The notes: generated from the letters alone by a model not told the origin. Positions 14,898-29,332 are shown, numbered from the stretch's first letter. The stretch is DNA of 64,000 nt from Geosiphon pyriformis uo1 (GCA_016748015.1 JAAOMT010000319.1:19778-83777); one strand, 5' to 3'. Made by a program: numbers and translations.

Positions 14898-14932
<35 letters not shown>

Positions 14933-15823
14933 ATTTTAGTTAGATAATTCAAAGTGTATTTTTTGGATATTAAAAATTTTTCTAAAAGTATCTTTTGGAT
15001 TAAATTTAATGCGAATAATAATAACCAAATGTGGTATTTGATGTTATGAAAGGACATTTGTCAAGTTACTGAAGGAGAATTAAGAAATTTCTGAACTCTC
15101 ATCGTGTGATTAATAGAGTAGGGAGGTTGAAAATTATGTCTTTGATAAAAATAAAATTTTAAATTCGACATAAAAGTAATCGTATCGTCGAAATAAATAA
15201 CATCATTTAAATAAATGACATCATTCAAATAAATGATATCATTTGATAATAATAATAATTAAATTTAAAAGATAGACTCTAATAAATTTTGTTATTAATT
15301 TATTAAGTCAGCTATTTATAATAGTATTAAAAAACAAATCATTCTAAACAAATAGAAATACTTTAAACATTTAAAAGTAAATGAATTCTAAAGATAATTG
15401 AAAACAACATTCAAAATATTCTCGACATATATATATATATATATATAAAAGAAAATATAAATATGAATAAAATTTAGTTCTCTTTTGGTTGTTTTCTATT
15501 AAGATAAAAAAACTTTCAAAATGTCAATTTTTGCTGTTGTTCAAAAAAGAAAATAATTTGAAATTAACTCTAAAAGACTATCATCTTACTTTCATAACCT
15601 ATTTCGAAAAAGAGAGTTCAGATACTTTATTTCATTTAAAGAATAATCTATTACTAGAAATCTAATTGTGAGGACAATTGATACAATTATGGTCAAACGG
15701 AATGGTCAGATACGTTTTAGCTGTCGTACCACGATCAACCCCGAGAATAGTGTTTTTTCACTGCGCGTTTACATAAATTTAAATAATGATTACGTAAAGA
15801 CAAATAGCGTAAAAGTACATGTA

Positions 15824-16760
15824 CAGTACCTTCAAAAAGTAAAGCTCGATTCAAATTTGAACACAAAATTCTGATACTTTTTACTCTTTTTACGATTTAT
15901 ACACCAAATAAAAAATTTTACATATCTAATTAATACTTTGTCGGCCCTCCTTGTGACTCTAATACTACTTCAATACTCCTTGGCATTGAGTTAATAACTT
16001 TTTCGAGAACAGAGATATCAAATTTCTCCCATTCCTCCTTTAACGCAATTTTAAGTTCGACCACAGAATTTGAAAAGACTTTATGTTTTTGAATATTTTT
16101 CTTAAATAGCTTCCAATTTTTCTCAATTACATTTAGGTCTGGCGAATTTACCGCACAGTTGATAATCATAATTTTATGGATTTTCGTCCACTTTTGAAAC
16201 TAGTTACTAAGCAATTACCATTAAACTTTTTTCAAAACCTGATTGCTTCCCAATTTTCACACACTCGTCTTACAAGAGAATATAATTCATGCTCAACCAT
16301 AAGCGCTCCTATCCCCCATCTCCCCTATATCACCTAACACGAGCATAAATAAGCATGTGTTTCCGGGATATAAGGTTTTTTTGTTGCGACGCGTGAATGA
16401 AGTCTGGCATTATAGAGTACATTTGGGTATAGTTGACAAACTACATTTAGACCTAAATTGTTGTCAATTTCATGGAGTGTGGCATGTCATTTTTCTTTTT
16501 GGCTTTAAACACTAGTAAATCTTTTTCGTCGTTGCTGAGAATTTGTGATCTTCTAGAACGTATAAACTTTACACTTTTTTCTGTTCTCTGGTACTTGTCA
16601 ATAAAGTGCCACATTCTTGTGGAAGCATTTTTGGGGAATTTATTTTTTCCATGTACCTCAGAATCTTTCCTTTATTTATTAAGTGGTTACACTGCAAATC
16701 GAGTGTTACTTTTTAGGGGTATTGTATATCGTTATTAGCAAAATCAATGGCTCACAAAAT
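15824..16760 (-). mobile_element. Degenerate, internally deleted Tc1 element
   Basis: TA+CAGTACCTTCAAAAAG terminus at 15822-15840. C-terminal NSPDLNVIEKNW...SMPRSIEVVLESQGGPTKY (15930-16150). HTH-region remnant near 16450-16630. Second TIR not found. Confidence 0.75.
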
Positions 16761-16959
16761 TGATTAAAATTTAGGTGTCACTTTAATGATGATGATGAAT
16801 CGAATTCAAAATTACAATAATGATGTCACATTTCGTAATTAAAGAAATTATCAATCATTAAAAAATTAACAACCGAGAAAATCAACAATAAGTCCTCGCG
16901 TTTCTTATCCAACCTTTATTGCACATTTCCGATTGTCTTTATATAAATAATTCAAGAGA

Positions 16960-17560
16960 AGAATTTTTTGTATATTGAACCCGGAATAGAGTCCTCAGGA
17001 AAGAATCAACAAATCTTTTTGTCATAAAAAAATTTTTTTATCTACGTCAAATAAGCATAAAAAATGAAATTGGTAGTTTAACAGATCTGACTTTTAACTA
17101 AATTTGATGAACGAAAATTTTTTCGTCTGATTTCTACTAAAGAATGTTCAAAATTAAAATCGACGATAACATTAATCTTGGTGTTGAAACTGTTCGTAGA
17201 GCACTCTAACGAAATGCTTTACAAGCAATTAAAAAACCTTAAAAACGAAACAAATTTCCGAATTCTCTGGTCTGACGGACACAAGTACTGTTGGGAAAAG
17301 CCAATAGAACCAATCATGTACAATCAACAATAAAATTTGATGGGGGTGGTGGCATTATGGTGTACCAATCTCTGTCACATTGAAGGAAAATCGAATGGAG
17401 AAGAGTGTAGAAAAATACTTACAGATGATTGATTGGAATCTGACACTTGCCAAGAAGTGGTTTGGGGATGATAAAAATTGAGATTCTTGATTAGTCCCCA
17501 TTGAACACTTCTTGGAATCTATCTGTACAAGTTCATAGCACGAGGGAAAAAATTCAACAC
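16960..17560 (+). mobile_element. Second degenerate Tc1 transposase fragment
   Basis: Remnants NINLGVETVRRAL*RNALQAIKKP, GGGGIMV and SPIEHF, with stops and deletions. Confidence 0.6.
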
Positions 17561-17635
17561 ATTTAAAATAATATTGAGATTGAAACTTCTCAATAGAATA
17601 ACGAATGTTATCTTAAATCATTTAATGGTTCTAAT

Positions 17636-18293
17636 CAGTGATGTTCGCTGGAACGTCCAGTGGGAGTTATTGGAATTGGAATGTCACTGGACCCTTCCAA
17701 TTAGGATTTTTTATTCACTGGATGGAAAGGTCCAGTGACGTCCAGTGATGTCCAGTGGCTTGGCAAAGTTTTTTCTCTATTAAAATGTACCCATCGATGA
17801 GGTTGTCGATGAGTCTACCGATGAACCTACTAACGAACTAAATGAATATAGGATGGATAATGAACAAAACGAATTGCAAGATATCGAACCATCAAGTATA
17901 ATAACGCCCGATGATTGGGAAAATCAATTACGTGACTGGGAACAGATGTTAATAGATGAAAAGGCAGAACGTGATAATAATGGCAATATGGAAGGTGATT
18001 TGTTAAGTAATTACAAACACCCAGCAATAGATAACAGAGCAAAATGGGAAGTGAGTAGTATATTTGGTTTATTGTTTCAAAAACCAAATTTTAAAAATAA
18101 TAACAATTAATTTTCACTATTAATGTATACATTTTTATTGGTTACATTATTTACTATGCCTACATTTTGATTGGTTAACATTATATTGGTTCCAGTGGAA
18201 TAATCGTTCCAGTGAGAGTTTCCACTGGAATTACTGGAACTCTTAAAAAATCTGGCCGTCCAGTGGAATTCCAGAAGTCCAGTGCCAACACTG
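17636..18293 (+). mobile_element. Non-autonomous hAT element (658 bp)
   Basis: Perfect 8-bp TSD GTTCTAAT (17628-35 and 18294-301). Imperfect TIRs CAGTGATGTTCGCTGGA / CAGTGTTGGCACTGGA. Many subterminal CCAGTG/CACTGG motifs. Internal acidic ORF 17853..18110 (HPAIDNRAKWEVSSIF) resembles a hAT transposase C-terminal tail. Confidence 0.88.
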
Positions 18294-18934
18294 GTTCTAA
18301 TGGTTACAAAAGAAGAATTTAATCACAGACCTGAAAGCTTGATTGATGTACAAAAATTGATCTTGAAAGAAAGATTCAATTTATTTTTTTATCTCCAATC
18401 ACCGACATGATATCTAAATTTTTAATGGACGTTACGATGATTTTGCGATGAATTTAGTTTAAAAAGAGCCACAGTATATGCGCCTTAAAATTCTATCAGG
18501 TGTTGAATTTTTCAAGCAAAAAACATAGTACATTTACATTTATTCAGATGGTGCAAAACTGGCACTGGATTTATGTGTCAACCGCGGAATCATGACTTTC
18601 ATCTTTTAATCCATAAATTTTAAAATGAATTAAAATTCATATTTCTTCATTTTTCTGCTCATTTAAAATACCGAATATCTATAAGTTTTTTTGAGAAAAT
18701 TATTGCAATTACTTTCACAAGTCATGCTCAAAACTTGAGTATTCATACTCAATAATTTCACCTGACAAGATACCAAAAAAAATTTTGAAATTTTAAAACT
18801 TATTTTTTCAAAATTTATTTCAAATTAGATAAACGCCACATTCCACTTTTACAATTATAGCAATAAAAGTAAAAACGTCACTTGGGTAAATTTAGCTAGA
18901 CCACTTTGTAGGCTCTTTAAGAAAATAATAGTTA

Positions 18935-19045
18935 AAGGCAGGGGTTATCCCAATTTGGTCGTTGCCTACAGACTAATGTTGTCGTAATTCATTTACTTAA
19001 ATAAAGATCAAAAGCAGGGTTATCTCAATTTGGTCGTAGCACATT
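18935..19045 (+). promoter_or_regulatory. Duplicated upstream segment of the phosphoesterase gene
   Basis: GCAGGG(G)TTATC(C/T)CAATTTGGTCGT occurs at ~18938 and ~19014, each followed by TTGTCG...ATTC; TATAAAA at ~19064. Confidence 0.45.
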
Positions 19046-19137
19046 TGTCGACATTCGTTTGCTTATAAAAAAGAGAGGAATTGAAACTCATTTTTTCTCA
19101 CTTGGTTTTCCTGAATATCGCTAAAAAATTTTTTTTA

Positions 19138-21152
19138 ATGAAGTCCTTTCCAACAAAAATTTTGCTTTTAACCATTTTCGCAATTGCTATTACCAATTCA
19201 CTCCCAAATTTACCACCGTCATCTACCGGATTCGACTCCCGAATTAAAAATGTTGTCTTACTCGTAATGGAAAACCGTTCATTTTCAAAGATAGCCGGTT
19301 ATTTTCGTTATTCATCAGAAATTAAAGGGTTGACCGGTAGAGAATATAATTTGGTCGACCCTTCAGATCAGAAAAGTAAAAAAATCTACGCAACTCAAGA
19401 TGCTGTCTATATCGATTCAGATGATCCGGGTCATTCGGTGAACGACACTTTTGAACAAATTTCTGGATACCCGGGGGATCCAAGAACTAAATTTCGTGAT
19501 ATCCCTCCAATGTCTGGTTTCGTTCAAAATTTGATTAGAAATTATAAAATTGATGTGAAAGATGAAAAGAGATTAAAACATGTGATGAATGCCTTCAATC
19601 CAGATGATGTACCAGTTATTCATACTTTAGCGAAAAATTTTGCATTGTTTGATCGATGGTTTGCTAGTATTCCTGGAAGTACTGTTCCAAATCGATTATT
19701 TATTCATTCAGCTACTTCGAATGGCGTAATTGAAACCTCCTATGACGCTGCTTTTAATGGCTTTGATCAGAGAAGTTTATATGATTCTTTCAATGAGGTA
19801 AATATAAATTCTAATTTAATTAAAATTCAATATCACACATTGTGATTTATACAATTATCATCACTTTACGTCAGGCGAACATCACTTGGAAGAATTATTT
19901 CAGCTTCTTCCCAAGTTTGACGGAATTAAGAAGCTTACGTAAGGATATTACGAAATTCAAAAAACTTCAATCGTTTCTTAACGATGCTAAAAACGGAAAA
20001 TTACCACAATTTAGTTTCATTGATGCGTAAAGTTTTTTAAAATTTTTAAATCTTGCTTCGCTTTCTTTTTTGATTAAAATTCTCAACATGTTATTATATT
20101 TTTCTCTTTGATGGATACATCTTAGGGCTTCTGATTCCAGACCATGCTATAATGGTACAGTTAATGATGAGCACCCTCCTTATAGTGTTGCCGATGGTGA
20201 ACTTTTTATAAAACAAATTTATGAAGGTTAGAATTGATCACCATCAAAGTTTTCAAAAAATCGTGACTAAATTAAAATCTTACTCGTATAAACCGAACTT
20301 TTATTCCAGCCTTACACGCTTCACCTCAATGGAATCAGTCTTTATTCATCTTGACTTTTGACGAACATGGTAAGCTATTGGCTCCGAATAGCTTTTCTTC
20401 TTCATATAAACTACCGAATGTCACAGTAGAGCTTAAGAAATTGAATCCTAATTTAACTTTCCTAACTACTAATCTCAATTTTCTTTCGCTTCGAATCAAA
20501 AGGTGGCTTTTACGACCCCGTTCCACCGCCTGAGAATGTACCAGCACCAGATAATAAAACTGCTCCATATTTCAATTTTGATCGTTTGGGTGTTCGTGTT
20601 CCTACAATTTTGATTTCCCCTTGGATCGCTAAAGGGAAAGGTAAGGAAATTTTTTCCAAAATGGAGTTTTTAAAAAAGCGCTCAACTAGTCTTTGTTGGC
20701 AAAAATTTTTGAATCAAAAACTTTTTATACAAATAAATTGTTTATTCAAAATATTTCAGTTGTTCATGATCCAATCTTACAACCGGGAAGTTATTATGAA
20801 CATTCTTCGATTGCAGCTACGATGAAACGTGTTTTCAATTTGCCGAACTTTTTAACTAAACGGTAGGTCTATTGTTTGCATTATTACTTCAAACATTCAT
20901 TCAATTCCGAGACTCATGCCAATTATGATTGAACAAATATGTGTCAGCGATGCATGGGCAGGAACATTCGAACACATATGGTCCAAATTACCATCTCCAC
21001 GTACAGATACTCCAGTTATTCTTCCATCACCACCAGAAAATTCTCCAGCTTCCTCATCTCGTAAACGCCGTCGTTCAGAAGATGAATTCTCGCCTGAAGC
21101 CTGTGCTGAAATTTCAAAGTTTCTGGCTGCTGTTGAAGCCACCGGACCATAA
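19138..21152 (+). CDS. Secreted phosphoesterase-family protein (non-specific phospholipase C / acid phosphatase), 7 exons
   Basis: Signal peptide MKSFPTKILLLTIFAIAITNS. Motifs IKNVVLLVMENRSF, DPGHS, FDRWFASIPGSTVPNR, NDEHPP, TFDEHG|GFYDPV, LGVRVPTILISPW, EHSSIAAT, LTKR|DAWAGTFE. All six GT-AG junctions keep frame. Confidence 0.92.
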
Positions 21153-22244
21153 TAAATTTAATTTAGAAAAAAGTTTTCAAGTGTTTTAAAGAATGAATAT
21201 CTTTGTGTTTATATATAAATTGACGACAATGATTTATACTCACTCGAATAAAATGACTTATCAGGCTAGAATCTGCAATTAATAAAAAAAATAAGAATTT
21301 AGCAATCTCTTCAACAAATTTTGACCGTTTTCAATTCTTTTATGCAAAAACAAAGCCCCACTTTCTTTTGTCATTCCCTGCTCAGATGGATGAATAGTAA
21401 TTCTGTTAAACATCAATCAACTCGTATGTGATGTTGATTTAAAATAAATTCAACTTTTAATCGGTGAATTGCTGTTTCTACTTTTCATTTTCAAAGTCCT
21501 CGTTCCGACTTATTCACAACAAAAATACTGTGGATAGTTTTACAATTGATATGAGCTTGGATCTTTTCAAAATTATAATGAGAAAATAAGCAGAGATAGG
21601 AATTTCCTTCTGAAAAAATGAATTTAATAAAAATTAACCATTTCGTCAGCCTTTTTACTAATATTCTTAAGGCCACCATATAATTTGGGAAACTTTTTAA
21701 TGCCTGTCTTTAGTAACTCCTGTCAATGAATTATTTCCTTATTAGATTTCCAACAAAAATACATTGTACGTCGTGGCTGAATTCAAAGCTATCATAATAA
21801 TGTTGTTTCCCATATTTAGACCTTTCACGAACTAAATGAAACCTGTTTTATGCAAGATTAATTCTTGGAAATAAGTTAGATATAATGTTCATAGAAACAA
21901 TAAAAAGAGAGAATAATAATTATTATTATTTTAATTTGCAATATGTATCAGTTCTTTGTATAATATATTTTTTAAAAAACTTATTGATTATTGGATTAAA
22001 TTTGAAATATAAAGTATGTTGAAATTAAAGAAAATATTTTAAGATTGTCATTTTAGTTTTCTAAATATTATAGATAGTAAAAAACCGTGTAACTATAAAT
22101 ACAGTATATCTAAATTTTCCCTTCAGTGAGATAGATTAAGTCTTTTGAATTAGGAATTCATAAAGTTAAGTATAAATTTAAAATATTAATTAAACTAAAT
22201 AAATCAATCTTTGAAATCTAACACTATAGAATAAATAATGTGAC

Positions 22245-22985
22245 TTATTGAAAAATTTAACCATTTAAGCAGTTAAAAGTCTGCTTGTATAAACTGCTCC
22301 TGAATAAATATTTATCAGGAATTTGGCTAAGAATTTTATCACATTATTGTGTTTTATAGTTTTTTCAAAGAGTCAAATACTATTTCGAAGATTTCGTTAC
22401 CTCATTTTTTCTTCAAAATTTCCTCTACAAATTTATCCGATTTCTTAAACTGTAACTTCTCAGAACTCTCATTTATAAACTCATCCTCATACGATCAATA
22501 AAATCCCAACAATCTATTGTAAACCTCCAATTCAGTAGGACGATCCTCAGGAATAGCGTTTCAATGAGCTCAGTGGTAGAAGGTGAAAGGTGATCTAGTG
22601 CCATTTAAAATGTTCAATTATAAGAATGGCATCATGAGAACAATCATGAAAGTGAGACATTCCAGTTGCCAACTCCCATAATAGTATCCCTAAACTATAA
22701 ATATCGCCAGCCGTTGTAAACTTTTCTTCTCTTAAAACTACTGGTGGTACATATGGAACCACTCCAAATACTCCTTTTTTGGTGTTTGCCTTGTTTGCAA
22801 GTTGACTTAATCCAATGTCGAAAATTGTTGTGGTATCTTTATTAAGTTGTAGAACATTGCCCGAGTGTAGGTCACGATGAACGATATCAGCAGAATGAAT
22901 TGTATCAAGTTCAGAAGCGATATTTTTTGTTATAAATAATTTAGCATGTAACGAAGAGAGTGATAAATTTTTATGCAATCATGAG
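22245..22985 (-). pseudogene. TKL kinase pseudogene (C-lobe fragment)
   Basis: IVHRDLHSGNVLQ, DIGLS, GVVPYVPP, DIYSLGILLWELATG, then frameshifts and the family tail AVYTSRLLTA*. N-lobe missing. Confidence 0.88.
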
Positions 22986-24412
22986 CTTTTGAACTAATTC
23001 TTTTTTTTTTAAGGTTTTCCATAATATAGATAAAATTGAAAAATATGATATAATGAGGATATCAATAAAATAATACTCTCTCTAAAAATTAAAAAAGTAT
23101 TATTTTCAAGTCAGAATTCGTATCTCCATGTGAACTACAAAACTCAACTAACACTATTAGCTATAGCATTAAACCAATCAAATTTCTTAATTATAGAGGT
23201 TATTTGCATAATTTAAAAGTATGAATACCTGCAGTACACGAAAAAAAAACATGTAAGATACACAAAGGTCCAAGTATTTAGTGCCAAATAATTTACTGGC
23301 TGAAACCATTGTTAATAAACTCAATTCAGCTTAAAAATTGAATATTATTGATTAAAATTAGTGTTGGAATAAGAATTTCCAAAAAAATCTTATTCATGGC
23401 AGATTATATCTTGAAAAAAAAAAAGTATTCCTAGTCAATAATAAACGATCTCATTTACAAAAAGATTAAAAGATAAGTAATATAGTTCCTAGTTAATAAA
23501 CTTTGTTTTTAAAAGAGAAGTTATTAGTAATAAAATAGATTTTGTTTTTCTAATTCGAATCATATAATTAGTAATTTTGACTTGAAATTTATTCAATCTT
23601 TATACAACTTTTTAACAATAGGTTTAAATAAAATAAAAAGCAATATTACCACATTTATAATACTTTTAACTTGAAGTTTTTTTTCTACATATTTGATCTT
23701 TATGCATAAATGCTTCATTATTTTCATTTTAACAAACTAAAGAATTACAAATCAAAAAATATGTAATACTTGAAACTTAAACTAAAAATAATTTTATTTA
23801 ATAAAATAAATTTAATTTAAATTTAAAATAAACAAAGATAATTGTTTAAACCAAAAAAAAATTAATTCTTGAATTAAAAATTTATTTGTTTAAGAATAAA
23901 AATAAATAAAAATCTTTTGAAGTGCATAATTGTAATTTTATCACACACAAATAAATTAAATTTTAAAAGTACACAAAGTATTGAAATAATAAGAAAAAAG
24001 TTGAATAAATAAAAAATTAAACAAATAGATTTGAAAATTATTTTATAATACGAGTTCATGTAATTATTTTGTTAATATTGATAAGAAAAAAAACTTTTTT
24101 TATTAAAAATATTATTAATTTTTTTTTAATAAAACCAAATAAAAATTTTACTTAACTAATACAATATTATTTTTAAAGTATTTAAAAATTAAAATATTAT
24201 AAAAGTTATTATTTTAAATTATTCATAAAAAAATTGTTTAATTCAAAAAACTTTTAATATTAAATTACTGTTCGTGTTAAAGTAAATTTGTTTATTTATA
24301 AAATTATTTTTATTTTAAATTGCACAAAATGCATGTATTAATTTAATCAATGAAACTAATCGATATTTTATTAAAAAAAATCTTAATTAATAAAATAGTT
24401 TTAAAGTTTATC

Positions 24413-24444
<32 letters not shown>

Positions 24445-25168
24445 TATCAAAAATTTATATTACATTTTAATGTTTTTAAAAAATTACTCATAAATTATAA
24501 TAATAAATTAACTTATTGAATTATTGTTAAAATTGTTCAATAATATAAATTTCAATTTTGCTCAACTTAATTTTGTTATAATATTTTGTAGTGTATTTGT
24601 ATTTGTATTAAACTACAAGAAAAAATCAAGATAATTAAGATTAAATGTAAATTATTAATTTCTACCAAGCATTTAAATTTATTTTTATTCAAAATAAAAT
24701 TTATTGTCAATTGAAAAATTAATAAAACAGGAAGTGTATTAAAAACTTGCTTTAATGGGTGTACTTACATAAATGTGGCTCATTGCGAACTTTATAAAAA
24801 TTTCCTAATTTTGAAATTTATCATATTTAAATTTAACAAAAGTCATTGACCTAATCATTTATTTACTTATTAAATTTGTATTATTATTATTTTCAGAGTT
24901 AATATTGAATAATTTTTTTTGGTTGTTTTTCCACAATAACCAAAAATTACCATTTAATTTTTTTATCAAACTTTTCAATCTCAAGATTTTTACTCAATTG
25001 TTTTTGCAAGAAATAATTTATTTTGAAAATTTTATCGAAATAATTATATTGACATTTTATTTAAATTGTCTAATTTATTTGCTTTCATTTTAAATACTGA
25101 TTACTAAACTCACAAAATAGGTAACCAAACTATCAAAATCAAGATTCAATTATATTTGTCTAAATTAA

Positions 25169-25966
25169 TTAAGCATTATATTCAGTTTTACTAAAAAAAA
25201 GACTTTTTAACTTAGCTAAATCTTGGTTTATATTGAAAAGATCTCTCTCTAAATTTAAAAAATGCTGCCAAAGAGCTGGGTTGGGATTTTGTTCCAAATT
25301 CAGAAATTGGTTAACTCGAAGATCATGGTTTCGGATAGCATTAGCTTGGTTGTGCGCCGCAAAAGAGTTCAAGTTATTATTATTCCTAATATGTTGGAGC
25401 CTAGGGATAAATTCTTGCTGATTGTTTATCGGCCTTTGATTAAACTCGTGAGAATTATTATGTTGTACCATTTGAGCCAAAGGGTCCACAATTCTAAAAC
25501 TTGAACTTTGTTGAATAGAATTTGAGTTGAAAGGTACTTGCATTAAATTTTGTGAATTGGGTTGCTGGTTTGATTGAGTTTCTAACGATTTTAAAGGGGT
25601 CAATGTAAAATTAGCTACATGATTTACTGGTTTTTGATTAGGTTCGTGAGAGTTATTTTGTTGTAACATTTGAGCCATAGGATCTGCAATTCTAAAACCT
25701 GAACTTTGTTGAATAGAATTTGAGTTGAAAAGTGGTTGCATTAGATTTTGTGAATTGGATTGTTGGTTTGATTGAATTTCTAACGGTCCTAAAGGAGCAA
25801 ATGTAGAGGCAGTAACATGACAATGATTATGGTTTAATGAAGACGTGAAACTAGAATCATTAAAGGCATTATAATTAGAGAAATTCATATAGGAATTATG
25901 ATCATTGATTCTCAAGGGTTGTTGATTTTCGACAAAGTTATGATAATTAGAAACTTGCTCTTCCAT
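25169..25966 (-). CDS. Orphan N/Q/S-rich repeat protein, copy 1 (265 aa)
   Basis: Intact ORF; two ~66-aa repeats plus a C-terminal helix HFLNLERDLFNINQDLAKLKSLFF; two paralogs in this window. Confidence 0.75.
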   Translation of the reverse strand: MEEQVSNYHNFVENQQPLRINDHNSYMNFSNYNAFNDSSFTSSLNHNHCHVTASTFAPLGPLEIQSNQQSNSQNLMQPLFNSNSIQQSSGFRIADPMAQMLQQNNSHEPNQKPVNHVANFTLTPLKSLETQSNQQPNSQNLMQVPFNSNSIQQSSSFRIVDPLAQMVQHNNSHEFNQRPINNQQEFIPRLQHIRNNNNLNSFAAHNQANAIRNHDLRVNQFLNLEQNPNPALWQHFLNLERDLFNINQDLAKLKSLFFSKTEYNA

Positions 25967-27067
25967 GGCTAGGTTTAATATAATAAATTCTATGATTATT
26001 AATGAATAAATAAATATCGTTCTTTATTATTATTGTTCAAAAGGGTGTTTTTAAATAGAATGGTTTGTACTTATGGTTTCACAGCCTGATAATTTTATGA
26101 AACAAACATACGCCAGTGATGATTTCTTTGCATTGTATTACAGTCAAAATAACCTTCACCTACTTAAAAAGTAACACAGGTTTAATAATAAAAGACGCTT
26201 TCTGTGGCATAAGCAAGAAAGTCTAAAAAAAAACACAGCTGAATAAAATTCCCAGGATATTTAGAAACGCAAAAATCTTTGTAATGCCTAGATTGAACTG
26301 ATTATAATGCGAAAAGATCTTAAAATATTGAAGCGAAATTATATTGTTAAGGTAAATTGTGCTATTTAAATTATCGAAAAATTAATTTTTGATAGTAAAT
26401 AACGAAAAAGTGAATGATTTTTTGACTTTCCTGGTTAAGGAATCGATTGAAGAGTTTTTGAAAGGCACCTGAAACATTCGCCCAATATAATCAATATTTT
26501 ACGTTCCATTAAAAATTTATTTTCTACAAATTTATACTCCCTCTCAGGTTTGAACAAACTATCCATCTCTGTATATTATTTTCGAATGATAAGTTTATCT
26601 AAAATAAATTTATTGCTAAGCTTTCCGATTTTTTTTCAAATAACTCGGAGTATTTTTTTCAGTCTCCTTAAAAAAAAGACCAAATTATATTATAATAAAT
26701 GTTTATGATTGAAGTTTGATATAACTAACACTATATTTTGTCTTTTGGTTTTCTCTATGTATTACAGTGGTTCAAACTAATCAATGGAAATTAATATCAT
26801 TATTGACATATTTGCAAATTGCATAACTGTTCTTCCTGAAAGAACTTTATTAACAATAATTTAAACCAGTAAATTTTTTGGCTATGATTAACTCAATTTT
26901 GTGTACTATAAAGAAAAATTTACACGCTTTATTTTACAGTTTTTATCATGCAAATAATCTAGTTCGTTGCACAAATTAATAATTTATAATATTAATAAAA
27001 GCTTTTGAAAAGAATCGTTCTTTTGCAAAATTTACTAAATCCTATTTCTTATTAAAGTTTGTTCACT

Positions 27068-28716
27068 ATGGGAAATTTTCAAACTAAAAAAATCCCCTTT
27101 CATGTTAAAAAAACTCGTCCTCTACCTCATGATTGCGAAAAATGTGGAATTTGCAAACCTCCCATTGCTTGGAGATATCAATGCGGAGCATGCAAATTGT
27201 TTTTTTTAAATAATCTTTACAAAGACTTTTCGAGTGGCAATAAAATAGTCGATGAGATAATTAAAAATCCAATTTATTTACCTAATGAATATTATCTATG
27301 TTATTATTCTGAATGGATTCCTTGGGAGCGTTTGAAGAATACCGAGAAAATTGCAAAGGGAGGGTTCGGTACCATATATAAAGCAACATGGATAGATGGC
27401 CACATTGATTTTACAACTCTACATAATAATAATAATAATAATAATATAAACTATAAGAGAAAAGGAGAGATAAACGTAGCAATAAAATTTATGAATAAAT
27501 CTTTAAAGAGGTAATCAAATTATTATGATTATTGATATTTTATCTAAATTTAATTATTTATTCAATTTTAATTAACTACTTATTTCACTTTTGTTAGATA
27601 AATATTCAAAGAGCCATGTTCATTGAAAGTGGAGACCTTTATAATATCTCTTCGATAATAGGAGTTACACAAAACCTTGAGACACTCGATTACGGGATTG
27701 TAATGGATTTTGCTAAACATGGAGATATGCGGAAACATTTGTCAACAAAACTTCATTCTACTCTTTGGAATAATAAATTACAAATAGCAATCGATATTGC
27801 CAAAGGACTTAATAGAATTCATCTTTCTGGTGTGATGCATTGGGACCTACATTCGGGCAACATTCTACAATTATCTTCTAAAAAAACAATCATTGGAGAT
27901 CTTGGATTGAGTCAACCGGCAAGAAATAAAACAGAAAAATCAGGAACAACAACAGAGGAAAAAGGGATATTTGGTGTGATCCCATACATTCCACCCGAAG
28001 TTTTTCGGGGAGAAAATTTCACAATGGCTGGTGATATTTATAGTTTAGGAATGATATTATGGGAATTGGCAACAGGAAAGCCTCCCTTTCACGATTGTCC
28101 TCATGACGCCATTCTTATAATGAATATTTTAAACGGTGCTAGACCTGAAATAGCGTCTCCTCTTATTCCACCTTGTTACGCTGGACTAATTAAAAAATGT
28201 TGGAATCCCAGTCCATCGAATCGCCCTACTGCTCAAGAAGTTTATAATGATTTGTATCAATTTTGGAAGGTACTGCGCGATAATAAGTCTATAAATGAAA
28301 GATTGCAGTTTGAGGAATCAGATAAAGTAGTAAAAGAAATGCTAAACGATGAGACAACAAATTATTCAACAACAATTATTCATCCAGAGGCGGTTTATAC
28401 AAGTCGTCTTTTAACCGCTCAAATGATTGATTTTTCAACAGGTTTGTTCATTTAACTTAAATGTGTTAGATTTTATTGATTGAACTATGCAATATTATAA
28501 CTTATTACTAACTCTATGAATTCTAATCTAAAGGAGTAGTTTATATTCCTGAAGGTAAACAAAAAATATTTAAAGAAAATTCAAATTTAATATGAGGCAT
28601 TAATAAAACTTCTTTCCTCTCTATTATTTTTAGAAACCGGAATCGACTCTTATTTAGTTATCCTTGGTTACATCGTGATTGGTAAACTTTATTATCTTAC
28701 GAGGAGAAACCTATAA
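27068..28716 (+). pseudogene. TKL kinase with N-terminal Cys/His motif, probably frameshifted; exons 27068-27510, 27598-28441, 28534-28554, 28634-28716
   Basis: KGGFGTIYKA, VAIK, HWDLHSGNIL, DLGLS, YIPPE. Exon 1 ends in phase 2 at the donor that is phase 0 in the paralog at 50742, so canonical splicing gives AGA TAA. An (AAT)n expansion encodes poly-N. Confidence 0.75.
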
Positions 28717-29332
28717 TACCACGATAAAAGAGATAAATAACTTTTATTATTATATTTTTCAAAATTTTTAAGGGTTATATAATTATATAAAAATTGGTTA
28801 AATAAAGTGTTAAAAATAATTATTATTCTTAAATGATATAATAAATACATGAAATCGTTCAAAATATCTAAAAGTTTAAAAATTAATTTAAGAGTTAAAT
28901 TGAGAATCATATTATACTTATTAATGTAATAATTAAAACCAATAATCAAATGTTAAAATAATAGTATAGTTTTGTTACAAATAATAAAGTTATTAAAAAA
29001 ACAAATAAAAATATTTTTTTAAAAAAATAAATGAAAAATTGGGTATAAAAAAATTAAACAAATAAAATATTTGAATTAATTAAAATTAGAACTTGAATAA
29101 ATATATTTTGTATAATAAATTTTTAATGTTAATAAATATATTAACAAAAAATATAAATAGTATATAAAACAATAAGAATTTAATAAATGCAAAGATTGTA
29201 TTTATGAAAATTTTAAACTGTATTTTTTAACTTTAAATGTCGATTTAAAAATTTCTGTTCTTTGAACCAAATCCTTACTCTAGAATCCAAATGATCATAT
29301 CATTTAGGAAAAAGGTTTACATCATAAAGCTT

